Of a DNA stretch of 64,000 nucleotides, positions 38,101 through 46,386 are shown piece by piece. Both the position numbers and the translations under genes were made by a program. This DNA is from Nitrosopumilaceae archaeon (GTDB taxonomy: Archaea; Thermoproteota; Nitrososphaeria; Nitrososphaerales; Nitrosopumilaceae): assembly GCA_965214835.1 (NCBI GenBank), contig CBDCCK010000002.1, positions 512,001 through 576,000 of the forward strand. The letters run 5' to 3'. The notes below the pieces were generated by a model. It saw nothing but the letters and a program-made list of their open reading frames with translations, was not told the DNA's origin and made no database searches. Positions within the stretch are counted from its first letter, which is position 1. Each line of letters starts with the position of its first letter.

Positions 38101-38377
38101 TTGCATTTGCAAAGTAGGCGTACCAGTTCCCGTCGGATGCCTGGACCATCCTGAGCGTCCTGCCGTCAACTGTGACGTCAGGCTCTGCCCTGACCTCGGC
38201 TACGTCATTGATCGAGTCGTCAAGGACGACAACCTCGACTACCATGGAGCCGGCAAAATGATTCCCAAAGAGGGGATTTTCTGCCGAAACAAAAAGACCC
38301 GGGTCGGCATATGCGGGGGCAGTCCCTGCAAGTAGCATCATGCCCAGGGGGAGAAAATACCGCAAGTTTTCCAACAC
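35195..38377 (-). CDS. Large secreted S-layer-like protein
   Basis: Signal peptide; EPDVTVDG..LRMVQASDGNWYAYFA and repeated L.ET..SG.F.G Ig-like motifs typical of thaumarchaeal S-layer paralogs; C-terminal VPTWLK..YW..G.ISD.EY..G repeat. Confidence 0.7.
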   Translation of the reverse strand: MLENLRYFLPLGMMLLAGTAPAYADPGLFVSAENPLFGNHFAGSMVVEVVVLDDSINDVAEVRAEPDVTVDGRTLRMVQASDGNWYAYFANANSAKAADQTSLDGGIAGGGLDFGVFCGGETGASVFGASFSDADGISIPSGTGLAGFTNGKAGFSGCTGSLTMGDDLNNVVRKAKPINTNPLVAPGQIGLDSNAWPLVQLYSLGGDVAVQYSFGSRSKTVNLHYDEIPNASLDLDRDVYPSGSEVFVTISDMQLNQDPTDEDSWTFAVGDSSAVFYRAFAGAGSAPSGGPGLADISSDLDDLGFYDNGLFSMTVDSVVSLGTNGNQPSTSVSDGAVTYSEIVTFVETRPNTGIFETSDGRSDSLVGIIPDAPRGRIDYAKYNGRSLPILSGSTTASVSIGPDAEASLSLPRAWTPGTEIPITVHDNDQNANSGLRDSLDLYRSTSIIPTIVIGSPITLGSASDVRVYASSTDPLPAGTGIPSSTSDESSARLFLDTRTVLTPFEKLSMNLGITASSLGELLIGGPEERGTNWLNYDLRSLEGDLGLDDISDTSISLHFGDLSDASPVVVAASGDLRQFQGLVQIQDADASSILEKSGAAYLVINFDDSNDSTPAAVSGKGGARPVVFDLFSFGLRGDQDINNAIYRFELEETASNSGAFAGTLEYAVSNQLNIITPDLAKTLRPIGGDVRFVVTDRMIDEDGITVSYSDISGVGTLVPTAAKSPILTHSGRVSVDKSSYGFGRPVTITLSDPDLNLKHDRVDIYSVIDDPYSENVDAVGGSGGELLLEVKIKGVRYERCTIDGIEHGGLASSGFSLVETSASSGVFKGVFKMPSQICGKGGTELVYTSGGSIDVRYFDFRDSSGEPGIASLSRQPATSGLYQSVPRLNSHAFDLPAFPGSVDVVLSGNIAGHKRGVPVEVILILPDDTQRGFAVVPSGTGNYRGVFTLDSSSLPGDYGVGVYYQDVKVGESRFSLNAKSIPASFRADVLRWLDGGPDQAYRDVIRSVLDPKYLGNAANDDAPVPTWLKTHARYWIDGLISDQEYLGGLEFLVKKGVIRT

Positions 38378-38474
38378 ATCTGATCCGAGCCTGTCAGCAA
38401 TAACATTGTCGCAGAAATCCCCAGAAGATTGCCATATAATGTTAAATCTAGTGTTTTTGCCTACAATCAGATAA

Positions 38475-39833
38475 TTGACGATATTTGTTCAAAAGGCAAG
38501 GGTACTGCAGGTCTCGCTATTTGCAATTTTGTCGGCGTTTGCAGTAGAGCTGGTTTTTGGCCTGCTGTCAAATAGCCTAGGACTGATCACAGACAGCATA
38601 CATGCACTCCTAGACGGCATCGTGACGGTGGTCTTGCTACTAGCTGCCAGGATGGCCATGAAGCCGCCAGACAGGGAGCATACCTACGGGCACGGAAAGA
38701 TCGAGTCCCTGGGAGGGCTGTTTGGGGGAATCGCCATCCTGTTCATTGCGGGATACTTCATTTACGAGTCGCTATCCCGGCTACAGAGTACGGAGCCTGC
38801 AATGGTACTTGGAACGTTTGGGATAATCGGGGGGATATACACGATCGGGGTAGACGTATTCAGAATCGTGCTGCTTAGAAGGTCAATCAAAAAAATTGGC
38901 GGCACGACCCTCAAGGCAGACTTTTATCATGCATTCATGGATCTAGGGTCAACACTGCTGGCAATAGCCGGGATCGCCCTGGCATCAGTCGGGTTTTTCC
39001 AGGGGGACTTTATCGCAGCACTGGTGCTTGGAGGCCTGCTTGTCGCGCTAAGCATAAAGCTAATCCACAGGACCGCAATGGATCTGACGGACATCATTTC
39101 GCCAGAACTAGTCAGCAAGGCAGAGACGGCTGTAAAAAACACGCCGGGAGTCATGGGCGTAAAGTCCGTCCTGATGAGAAAGTCCGGGGACGTCATTTTT
39201 ACGGAAGTCACCGTCCTGCTGCGGGCAGACGTAAGCTTTGAGAGGGCCCACGAGATCAGTGTCGCCGTGGAGGACAACATCAAAAACGAGATTGCACGTA
39301 CGGCAGTCACGGTACACTTTGAGCCCAGCTGGAAGGACGTTCCAAAAGAGTCCAAGATCAAGGACATTGTTGCGGGAGTTCCAGGCATAAAAGACGTGCA
39401 TAACATCAACATATACACGTCAGAGTCAAAGATTTTTGCAAACCTCCACGTCATGGTTGAGGGAAGCATCGACCTGTTTGCGGCACACAGGATTGCCGAC
39501 TTGGCAGAGCAGGGGGTTCAGGAGGAGCTGCCAGAGGTTGATCACGTCACCATACACCTAGAGCCGTATGTGACGGTTCCGGAGGCATTTCATGCCGACG
39601 GTCAGAACGTCGAAGAAAATATCATGGGACTAATCATGGGGTACAAGGAGATAAGGGACGTCACACGGATTACCGCACTGAACTTTGAGGACATGCTGAA
39701 AATTGAGATAGACTGCTCGTTTGACGGATCGCTTGCGATTGAAAAGGTCCACGATGTGACATCGGAGATTGAAAGAAAGATAAAATCACGGTTCAAAAAC
39801 GCCCTGATCACAATACACCCAGAGCCGATCTGA
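38475..39833 (+). CDS. Cation diffusion facilitator transporter with repeated C-terminal domains
   Basis: DSIHALLD, PPDREHTYGHGKIE, three H.EP-ending dimerisation domains. Confidence 0.9.
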   Translation: MTIFVQKARVLQVSLFAILSAFAVELVFGLLSNSLGLITDSIHALLDGIVTVVLLLAARMAMKPPDREHTYGHGKIESLGGLFGGIAILFIAGYFIYESLSRLQSTEPAMVLGTFGIIGGIYTIGVDVFRIVLLRRSIKKIGGTTLKADFYHAFMDLGSTLLAIAGIALASVGFFQGDFIAALVLGGLLVALSIKLIHRTAMDLTDIISPELVSKAETAVKNTPGVMGVKSVLMRKSGDVIFTEVTVLLRADVSFERAHEISVAVEDNIKNEIARTAVTVHFEPSWKDVPKESKIKDIVAGVPGIKDVHNINIYTSESKIFANLHVMVEGSIDLFAAHRIADLAEQGVQEELPEVDHVTIHLEPYVTVPEAFHADGQNVEENIMGLIMGYKEIRDVTRITALNFEDMLKIEIDCSFDGSLAIEKVHDVTSEIERKIKSRFKNALITIHPEPI

Positions 39834-39848
39834 CCGGGGCCACGCAGG

Positions 39849-40940
39849 TCAGCCATACTGCCGGGCCCTCTGCACCCCTCTTTTCGTAAGAAGCAGGCCG
39901 CCGCCCTTGTCCTGATCCAGCAGTCCTTGGCCCTTTGAGTAACTGACTACCCCTTGCAGGTACCGGCTCGTCCAGCCCAGTGATGAGGATATGGCCGAGG
40001 GCGGCACGCTGCTACCGTGCTTGGCCTCTGTCCTAACGCAGGCAAGCAGGATTCCAGCGCTTATCTCGAGCCTTTGCCTGGAGGTTCTCTGCCACCTGCT
40101 TATCAGGCCACGGCCTGGGGCAAATACCCAGATCAGTCCGAAGATCATGCCTGCAGCCGTAGCCATAGAGCCGGCCACAGACACGTCAAGGTACAGTGCA
40201 AGGGCATATCCGGAAACGGCGCTAATCACGCCCAAGGCAACGGATGAAAGGATCATCCCAGACAGCCTGTCAGCCAGGAGATACGCCCCGGATGCGGGGA
40301 CGATAAAGAACGCGATGACCAGTATGGCGCCGACGGATTCAAAGGCTACCACCGCAGTCGTTGCAACCATTATCATCAACAGGTAATGAACAAGCAGCGG
40401 CATTAGTCCCAGGCCGGCTGCAAGGTACTTGTCAAAGGTGCCAACCTTTAGCTCCTTGTAGAGGAGCGTGATGAAGGCCACGTTTGCCACTGCTAGAATC
40501 CCAAGAACCCAAAGCGACTTTGGGCCCAGGCTGGCGTCATCCAGGTACAGCGTATCAAGCGGGACAAACTCAATCGATCCATAAAGGACGTGCTGTGCAT
40601 CTATGTGAACGTCTCCAGCCTGGGTTACAAGGATTACGCCGATCGCAAATAAAAACGGGAATACTATTCCAATGGAGCTGTCCTGTCTGAGCCTGCCTGT
40701 GCGGTAGAGCGCCTCCACTAGTGAGACGGTCAGGATTCCAGACAGTACGCCGCCTACGATTACGGGGACGGGCTCCCGTCCGCCCACGGCAAATACGGCA
40801 ATCACAATTCCCAGCAGTACAGCATGGCTGACTGCGTCGGACATCATGGCCATCTGTCTGAGAACCAAAAACGTCCCCATTGATGCGCAGTTGGCAGCGA
40901 CCAAGACTGCGGCGCCGATGATGACCAGATCAGCGGACAT
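39849..40940 (-). CDS. Mn/Zn ABC transporter permease (TroD-like)
   Basis: DAVSHAVLLG, FESVGAIL; start reassigned to MSADLV. Confidence 0.88.
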   Translation of the reverse strand: MSADLVIIGAAVLVAANCASMGTFLVLRQMAMMSDAVSHAVLLGIVIAVFAVGGREPVPVIVGGVLSGILTVSLVEALYRTGRLRQDSSIGIVFPFLFAIGVILVTQAGDVHIDAQHVLYGSIEFVPLDTLYLDDASLGPKSLWVLGILAVANVAFITLLYKELKVGTFDKYLAAGLGLMPLLVHYLLMIMVATTAVVAFESVGAILVIAFFIVPASGAYLLADRLSGMILSSVALGVISAVSGYALALYLDVSVAGSMATAAGMIFGLIWVFAPGRGLISRWQRTSRQRLEISAGILLACVRTEAKHGSSVPPSAISSSLGWTSRYLQGVVSYSKGQGLLDQDKGGGLLLTKRGVQRARQYG

Positions 40941-41901
40941 GGCCACCTGTCCCCGGGGCATCGCCGGAGGGCTCCCGTGTCTTGACTGCGGTGCCCGGCC
41001 CTCCTCTCTTGCGGATATGACAGAACAGATAGCCACGTCTTGGCGAAAAAAGCAGTGAAGCGCCCAAAATGGCGGTAATTGCAATGACAATCACCGGCCC
41101 GGTTGAGATGCCCTCTGCCGTGCTGCTTATAACCGAGCCTGTTATTCCACTCAGGCCGCCAAACGCTGCAGAAAGGGCCAGCATTCTTCCCAGGCCGGAT
41201 GTCCACTGCCTGGCAGCTGCTGCAGGGGCCACCAGCATGGCAACCATCAGGACCACCCCGACCGTATGCAGTCCGATGACTACGGCTATAACGATGACAG
41301 AGGTCAGCAGTGCTGTGATATGCCTGGTTGGAAATCCCAGGCTTTGTCCAAAGGCACCGTCAAAGGTGGCGATTTTGAACTCCTTGAAAAATAATATCAA
41401 TATGGCAAGACAGCCTGCCGCCAGAACCCCCAGATTGATCACGTCGCCCTCAACTAGCGCTGCTGCCTGTCCAAAGAGAAACCTGTCCAGTCCCCCCTGG
41501 CCTGCCCCGCCCGTGTTTTGCAGGTGGGTGAGGATGACGACTCCCAGCCCGAAGAATACAGAGAGCGTAATCCCAAGTGCCGCATCCTGCTTGATTCTAG
41601 TGGTGCTCGTAATTGCCAGGGCTATGATTCCCCCAAGCCAGGCAAAAATGGCGGCGCCCAGCATCAAGAGCAGCGAGTCCTTGGCGCCGGCAAGGAGGTA
41701 CGCAACCCCGATGCCCGGCAGGGCTGCATGTGACAGGGCATCTCCAAAAAGGCTCTGCCTTCTGAGCACGGTAAAGCATCCCAGGGCACCACTGGTCACA
41801 CCCAGCATGGCAGAGCCCAGGGCAACATGCCTCAGGGTATAGTCTGCAAGGATTCCAAAAAACATGCCCGGGATCTCGATCATCGGCATCGACCCCTTCA
41901 T
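40930..41901 (-). CDS. Mn/Zn ABC transporter permease (TroC-like)
   Basis: LRRQSLFGDALSHAALPG, PAAAARQW. Confidence 0.9.
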   Translation of the reverse strand: MKGSMPMIEIPGMFFGILADYTLRHVALGSAMLGVTSGALGCFTVLRRQSLFGDALSHAALPGIGVAYLLAGAKDSLLLMLGAAIFAWLGGIIALAITSTTRIKQDAALGITLSVFFGLGVVILTHLQNTGGAGQGGLDRFLFGQAAALVEGDVINLGVLAAGCLAILILFFKEFKIATFDGAFGQSLGFPTRHITALLTSVIVIAVVIGLHTVGVVLMVAMLVAPAAAARQWTSGLGRMLALSAAFGGLSGITGSVISSTAEGISTGPVIVIAITAILGASLLFSPRRGYLFCHIRKRGGPGTAVKTREPSGDAPGTGGHVR

Positions 41902-42668
41902 CCGGTTGTGACGCGCCGTCTTTCGCGGTATGCCAGATCCAGATTTTCCTGCGTGAGGGCAGTCCCTACTGGCCCCTTTGCAACCAGGCTTCTGTTTAGC
42001 ATGACGACCCAGTCAAAGTACCTGCCCACGGTTTGAAGATCGTGGTGGACCATGATGACGGTCTTTCCCTCCCTTCTGAGGCCCTCCAGCACCGCCAGTA
42101 TCGTCTCCTCGGTTACTGCGTCAACGCCGCTTAGCGGCTCGTCCATGAGATAAATCCGCGGATCCTGTGCCAGGGCCCTTGCGACAAAGACTCGCTGCTG
42201 CTGGCCGCCGGACAGCTGTCCTATCTGCCTGTCGGCATAGTCGGCGAGTCCGACTTTTGCAAGACAGTCCTTTGCCCTGTCTCGCGTCTCGGAGTTGGGA
42301 CGGCGCAGCCATCCAAGCCTTCCGTACAGCCCCATCTCGACTACGTCTAGCGCGTCGGTGGGAAAGTCCCAGTCCACGGATCCCCTTTGGGGTACATATG
42401 CTACATTATGTCGCTGCCGTGCGTAGGGCTCTCCATACACGCTTACCTTTCCTGCAGTAGCCGGGACCAGCCCCACTATGGCCTTGATCAGGGTGGACTT
42501 TCCCGCCCCGTTGGGCCCCACTATCGCGATCATCTTTCCCTCGGGAAGACTCAGATCAATGTTGAGCAGTGCCGGCTCGGTGTTGTACGTTACGGACAGG
42601 CTGCTTACCGTTATGGGGTGGATCCCGCCTCCCGGCGGTCCTCTCTGGTTTGAAGGCAGGTCTTTCAT
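41898..42668 (-). CDS. Mn/Zn ABC transporter ATPase (TroB-like)
   Basis: GPNGAGKST, LSGGQQQR, MDEP, VHHDL. Confidence 0.93.
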   Translation of the reverse strand: MKDLPSNQRGPPGGGIHPITVSSLSVTYNTEPALLNIDLSLPEGKMIAIVGPNGAGKSTLIKAIVGLVPATAGKVSVYGEPYARQRHNVAYVPQRGSVDWDFPTDALDVVEMGLYGRLGWLRRPNSETRDRAKDCLAKVGLADYADRQIGQLSGGQQQRVFVARALAQDPRIYLMDEPLSGVDAVTEETILAVLEGLRREGKTVIMVHHDLQTVGRYFDWVVMLNRSLVAKGPVGTALTQENLDLAYRERRRVTTG

Positions 42669-43633
42669 TGCAGCGCCCGTGTAATTGTATCCACGTTGTG
42701 TCTGAATGCCCCGGTGTAGGTCCCCTCAGGCGTTCCCTCCCCCCCGATGGCATCAGAGAACAGCTCCCCCCCGATGGCTATGTCGTGTCCCCTGTCGCGA
42801 ACCGCCGCGCCCAGCGCCTCTATTGTTGCGGGGGATACAGACGACTCGACAAATACGGCGTTGATCCTTCTGTCCGCTATCGCGCCTGCCAGGTTCTGAA
42901 TCTCCCTGATTCCGGCCTCGCTGTCGGTGCTCCATCCCTGTATGGACATCTCCTCCAGCCCGTATGCCCGGCCAAGGTATTGAAACGCGTCATGGGCGGT
43001 GACAAGGACCCTTTGTCCCTCGGGGACGGAGCCCAGCCTGTCGGTACCGTACTTGTGAAGCTCCTCAAGCTCCAGTATGTACCCTTCAAGGTTATTCTGA
43101 TAGGTTTCAGAGCCTTCAGGATCATGCCGGCTCAGTGCTGCCTCGACTACCCTGGCAGCCTCCATCCAGAGCCTGGCGTCCCACCAGATATGGGGATCAA
43201 AATGCCCCCGGGCATCTAGGCTCAGCAGGGACTCGTGCGGGACGTTTTCGGAGACGCCCCATACGGGGGTGCCCCCCCTGCCAATCTTGGCAAAAATGTC
43301 AGTCATTTTGCCCTCCAGATCCAGGCCGTTGTAAAATACAAGATCGGCGTCCTGCAGCCTTTTTACATCGCCTGCGCTGGGCCTGTACAGGTGAGGATCC
43401 ACTCCCGGCCCCATCAGCCCGGTGACTTGCACCCGGTCTCCGCCGATGTTTTGGACCAAGTCCGTGACGACGTTGGTAGTCGTAGTTATCAAAATCTTCG
43501 CAGACCCGACCGGCAGGGACCGTCCCTCGTCAGGTGTGGCGGGGCCCTCACCGCCCTGCACGGCCGCGCCGGCAGAGATTCCGCCAACGGTGGCTGCAAT
43601 TATGATTGATGCAATCAGGATTGATTTTTTCAT
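42665..43633 (-). CDS. Mn/Zn ABC transporter substrate-binding protein (TroA-like)
   Basis: GVDPHLY, DPHIW, TAHDAF, ELFSDA metal-binding motifs. Confidence 0.92.
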   Translation of the reverse strand: MKKSILIASIIIAATVGGISAGAAVQGGEGPATPDEGRSLPVGSAKILITTTTNVVTDLVQNIGGDRVQVTGLMGPGVDPHLYRPSAGDVKRLQDADLVFYNGLDLEGKMTDIFAKIGRGGTPVWGVSENVPHESLLSLDARGHFDPHIWWDARLWMEAARVVEAALSRHDPEGSETYQNNLEGYILELEELHKYGTDRLGSVPEGQRVLVTAHDAFQYLGRAYGLEEMSIQGWSTDSEAGIREIQNLAGAIADRRINAVFVESSVSPATIEALGAAVRDRGHDIAIGGELFSDAIGGEGTPEGTYTGAFRHNVDTITRALQ

Positions 43634-43665
43634 TTGGATGATCAAGGAGGCGTCCAGCCCATATT

Positions 43666-43722
43666 AAAAGTTAGCCTAGACTAACTTTTTTAGGACGTAC
43701 TAATTTTTTTAGGATGGGCTAA
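43666..43722. promoter_or_regulatory. Three tandem TTAG-N6-CTAA DtxR/MntR-family operators
   Basis: Sites start at 43671, 43690 and 43709 (exact 19-bp period) directly upstream of the metal ABC operon. Confidence 0.8.
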
Positions 43723-43865
43723 CTCTGGCAGGCGAGGCGATGCGCGACATCCACGCCAGACAATCGATCATGGGCTTGGCATATCGCGTCTGTGGCACAA
43801 AAATGGCCGGCCTGCAATCGCACGCGCTACGCATGGTTTTTAGATGCAGGACTGAGACTGGATGC

Positions 43866-44360
43866 ATGCAAAAATCCTCAGTGCTCCTAGTGATCATGGG
43901 CGGACTCGTAGCGGGAGGGATGGCGCTATCCGTCCTGGGAAACGAGGTGCTTTTTGAAGACTTTGCAAAAAATGAGGGCAGGATCGGCACAGGCGACAGG
44001 CTGGAGGTCCAGGTTCCGATGGAGCAGTCAGAGAGCGGGGTGTTTGCCGTCGAGGTACTGGAGCTGAGGCAGGATACGATCTATGCTGCGATAAGTGATC
44101 CGAGCGGAAACCAGATTCTAAGGGAGGCAGTCGACAGGGAGGCATATGAGGGGTATTTTGACGTCAGCATGTCGGGAAACTATACGCTGATGGTTGACAA
44201 CTCTGATCGGGAGGAGAAGCTCATTGCGGGATACATCGGGCCGGAGCCGGATGCATCAAAGCGGACAATAGCATTCGTATCGATTTACATGCTGGTCATC
44301 GGACTAGTCGGGATGCTGGCTGCAGTCGTTTTTGCAATAGTTGCAAAAAGGCGTCGCTAG
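43866..44360 (+). CDS. Hypothetical membrane protein (N- and C-terminal TM helices)
   Basis: ATG 43866; hydrophobic ends around a beta-rich core. Confidence 0.7.
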   Translation: MQKSSVLLVIMGGLVAGGMALSVLGNEVLFEDFAKNEGRIGTGDRLEVQVPMEQSESGVFAVEVLELRQDTIYAAISDPSGNQILREAVDREAYEGYFDVSMSGNYTLMVDNSDREEKLIAGYIGPEPDASKRTIAFVSIYMLVIGLVGMLAAVVFAIVAKRRR

Positions 44361-44668
44361 TTCAGATATCCGTCCATTTTGGTCAGTCCGTCAATTGCAG
44401 CATCAAAATTACCATCTGACTCGACTAGATCAGAGAGCTTTGCGTGATCTGCGGACAGATATGTCGAGCCTTCCCGGGATGTCTTGATCAAAATCCCCGC
44501 CTTGATCAGATAAGAGAGGTTGGACAGAATCTGTTCTTCGGATAGCTTGGATATTGAAGACAGTTCAGACAGGGGCTTTTGGCCATCCTCAAGCTCGCCT
44601 AGGACTACAGAGTTGTCCATATCAAACAGGCAGTCTACTGCCCTTTGCCGATCAATGGAGCCATCCAT
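44357..44668 (-). CDS. Small winged-helix-like hypothetical protein
   Basis: LSYLIKAGIL helix-wing pattern; ATG 44668. Confidence 0.6.
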   Translation of the reverse strand: MDGSIDRQRAVDCLFDMDNSVVLGELEDGQKPLSELSSISKLSEEQILSNLSYLIKAGILIKTSREGSTYLSADHAKLSDLVESDGNFDAAIDGLTKMDGYLN

Positions 44669-44796
44669 GCTCAGACAGGGAACAGTCGACTTAAATTCCT
44701 TCCATCCCGACAGAGATCGGGACGGTACTTGGAAAAAACCCGCGGCGATTTTGTGCCTAGGCCGGGACGGCTTGTCTTCAGATATGGCCGACTTGC

Positions 44797-44858
44797 ATGG
44801 TGCCCACATCAAAAAGCGGGCCATGATTTTGACGCATCACGCCCACTTTGATGAAAAA
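44797..44858 (+). repeat. Dispersed imperfect palindromic repeat, copy B
   Basis: Ungapped match to 17932-17993; CATCAAA..GGGC..GCCC..TTTGATG stem. Confidence 0.6.
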
Positions 44859-45094
44859 ATGATCCATCTTCAACCGTACGCACCATGCCCAACCTGCATG
44901 TTCTTCTGAATTTCCGCCCCTCTCGCGCGCCTAGCCCCGATAACGCATCATGGTTTTCGGGATAAGCTTGTCCCTGCCCAAGATACGCGTGGGAGATGGT
45001 GATCAATACCCTGCAATATGCCCCGGGCGGGGCAAGCTCTTACGGCCGGGTTTCTAGCATGGTTTTTATCGGGGTAGCCAAGAATCACCCATAC

Positions 45095-45661
45095 TTGAGT
45101 ACGCAGGAATACAGGCACATTGTACGAATCGTCGGAAACGACATTCCAGGCGAGAGGAAGATTCTGATAGGCCTCACACAGATCAAGGGCATCGGATACA
45201 TGTTTGCCAATGCCATTTTGGACTCGCTGAAGATCAGCTCCCATGCAAATATCGGAAATCTTACGGACGAGCAGGTGCAGTCAATCGAGAAAATCATTCT
45301 TGACCCAAAGGCGGCAAACTTTCCAACATGGTTTTTGAACAGGCAAAAGGACGTCGAGACCGGAAACGACATGCACTTGATCACATCAGATATTGAGTTT
45401 GCGATTAGAAATGACATCGAAAGGGAGAGAATCACGAGCAGCTGGAGGGGATACAGGCACATGTTCGGACTAAAGGTCAGGGGGCAAAGGACAAGGACTA
45501 CGGGGCGCAAGGGCGGCGCAGTAGGGGTTGCAAAGGGCGGCAAGGTAATGCCACAAAAGAGCAGCACCCCGGCAGCGCCGACTGCAGGAGCGGCTCCGGC
45601 AGCAGCTAGTGCACCTGCAGAGGCCAAGAAGGAAGAGGCCCCGGCAGAGAAAAAGGAATAG
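45095..45661 (+). CDS. rps13: 30S ribosomal protein S13 (uS13)
   Basis: [25 protein letters not shown]; TTG start. Confidence 0.96.
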   Translation: MSTQEYRHIVRIVGNDIPGERKILIGLTQIKGIGYMFANAILDSLKISSHANIGNLTDEQVQSIEKIILDPKAANFPTWFLNRQKDVETGNDMHLITSDIEFAIRNDIERERITSSWRGYRHMFGLKVRGQRTRTTGRKGGAVGVAKGGKVMPQKSSTPAAPTAGAAPAAASAPAEAKKEEAPAEKKE

Positions 45662-45670
45662 GTGGCACAG

Positions 45671-46348
45671 ATGGGAGATCCAAAGTATCCACGAAGAGTT
45701 TGGAAGAAACCAAAGCGTCCGTTAAACTACGAGCTAAAGATGGAGGAGCTAAAGACGCTAGGGACATTTGGGCTAAAGACGAAAAGGGAGCTGTGGAAGG
45801 CACATACGGAGCTGTCCCGCGTCAGACACCAGGCAAGATCACTGCTTGCGCTAGGCCAGGAGGTGAGGCAGGAAAGGGAGCCAATCCTGATGAAGTCGCT
45901 ATCAAGGATCGGGATTGTAAGCCGGGACTCTTCACTAGATGATGTGCTGAACCTGCAGGTTACAGACCTGCTTGCAAGAAGACTGCAAACCATCGTAATG
46001 AAAAAATTTGGGTTCCAAACGCCATACCAGGCAAGACAGGCAGTAGTGCACGGCCACATCATGATCGGGGACAGAATAGTGGACATTCCGTCCTACACAG
46101 TGGCACTAGACGAGGAGGGAGACATCAGGCTGAGGCCAGACTCGGGACTCTGCGAGGTTCTTGAAAAGGCACAAAAAGAGCAGCCAGAGGCCCCATCAGA
46201 GGCGGGGGAGCCGGCCGAAGGCAGTGCGGGGGAGCCATCGGACAATTCCTCAGGCGCTTCCTCAGATAACCTGGCGGGGGAGCCGGCCGAAGGCAGTGCG
46301 GGGGAGCCTGCCGGGGAGGTCGAGGCCTCAAAAGGCCCGCAGGAATAA
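45671..46348 (+). CDS. rps4: 30S ribosomal protein S4 (uS4) with acidic repetitive tail
   Basis: MGDPK, RRLQTIV, QARQAVVHGHI. Confidence 0.96.
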   Translation: MGDPKYPRRVWKKPKRPLNYELKMEELKTLGTFGLKTKRELWKAHTELSRVRHQARSLLALGQEVRQEREPILMKSLSRIGIVSRDSSLDDVLNLQVTDLLARRLQTIVMKKFGFQTPYQARQAVVHGHIMIGDRIVDIPSYTVALDEEGDIRLRPDSGLCEVLEKAQKEQPEAPSEAGEPAEGSAGEPSDNSSGASSDNLAGEPAEGSAGEPAGEVEASKGPQE

Positions 46349-46386
46349 GCTTATCTCTAAATATTCAAAGCAAAATACGAGGTATC

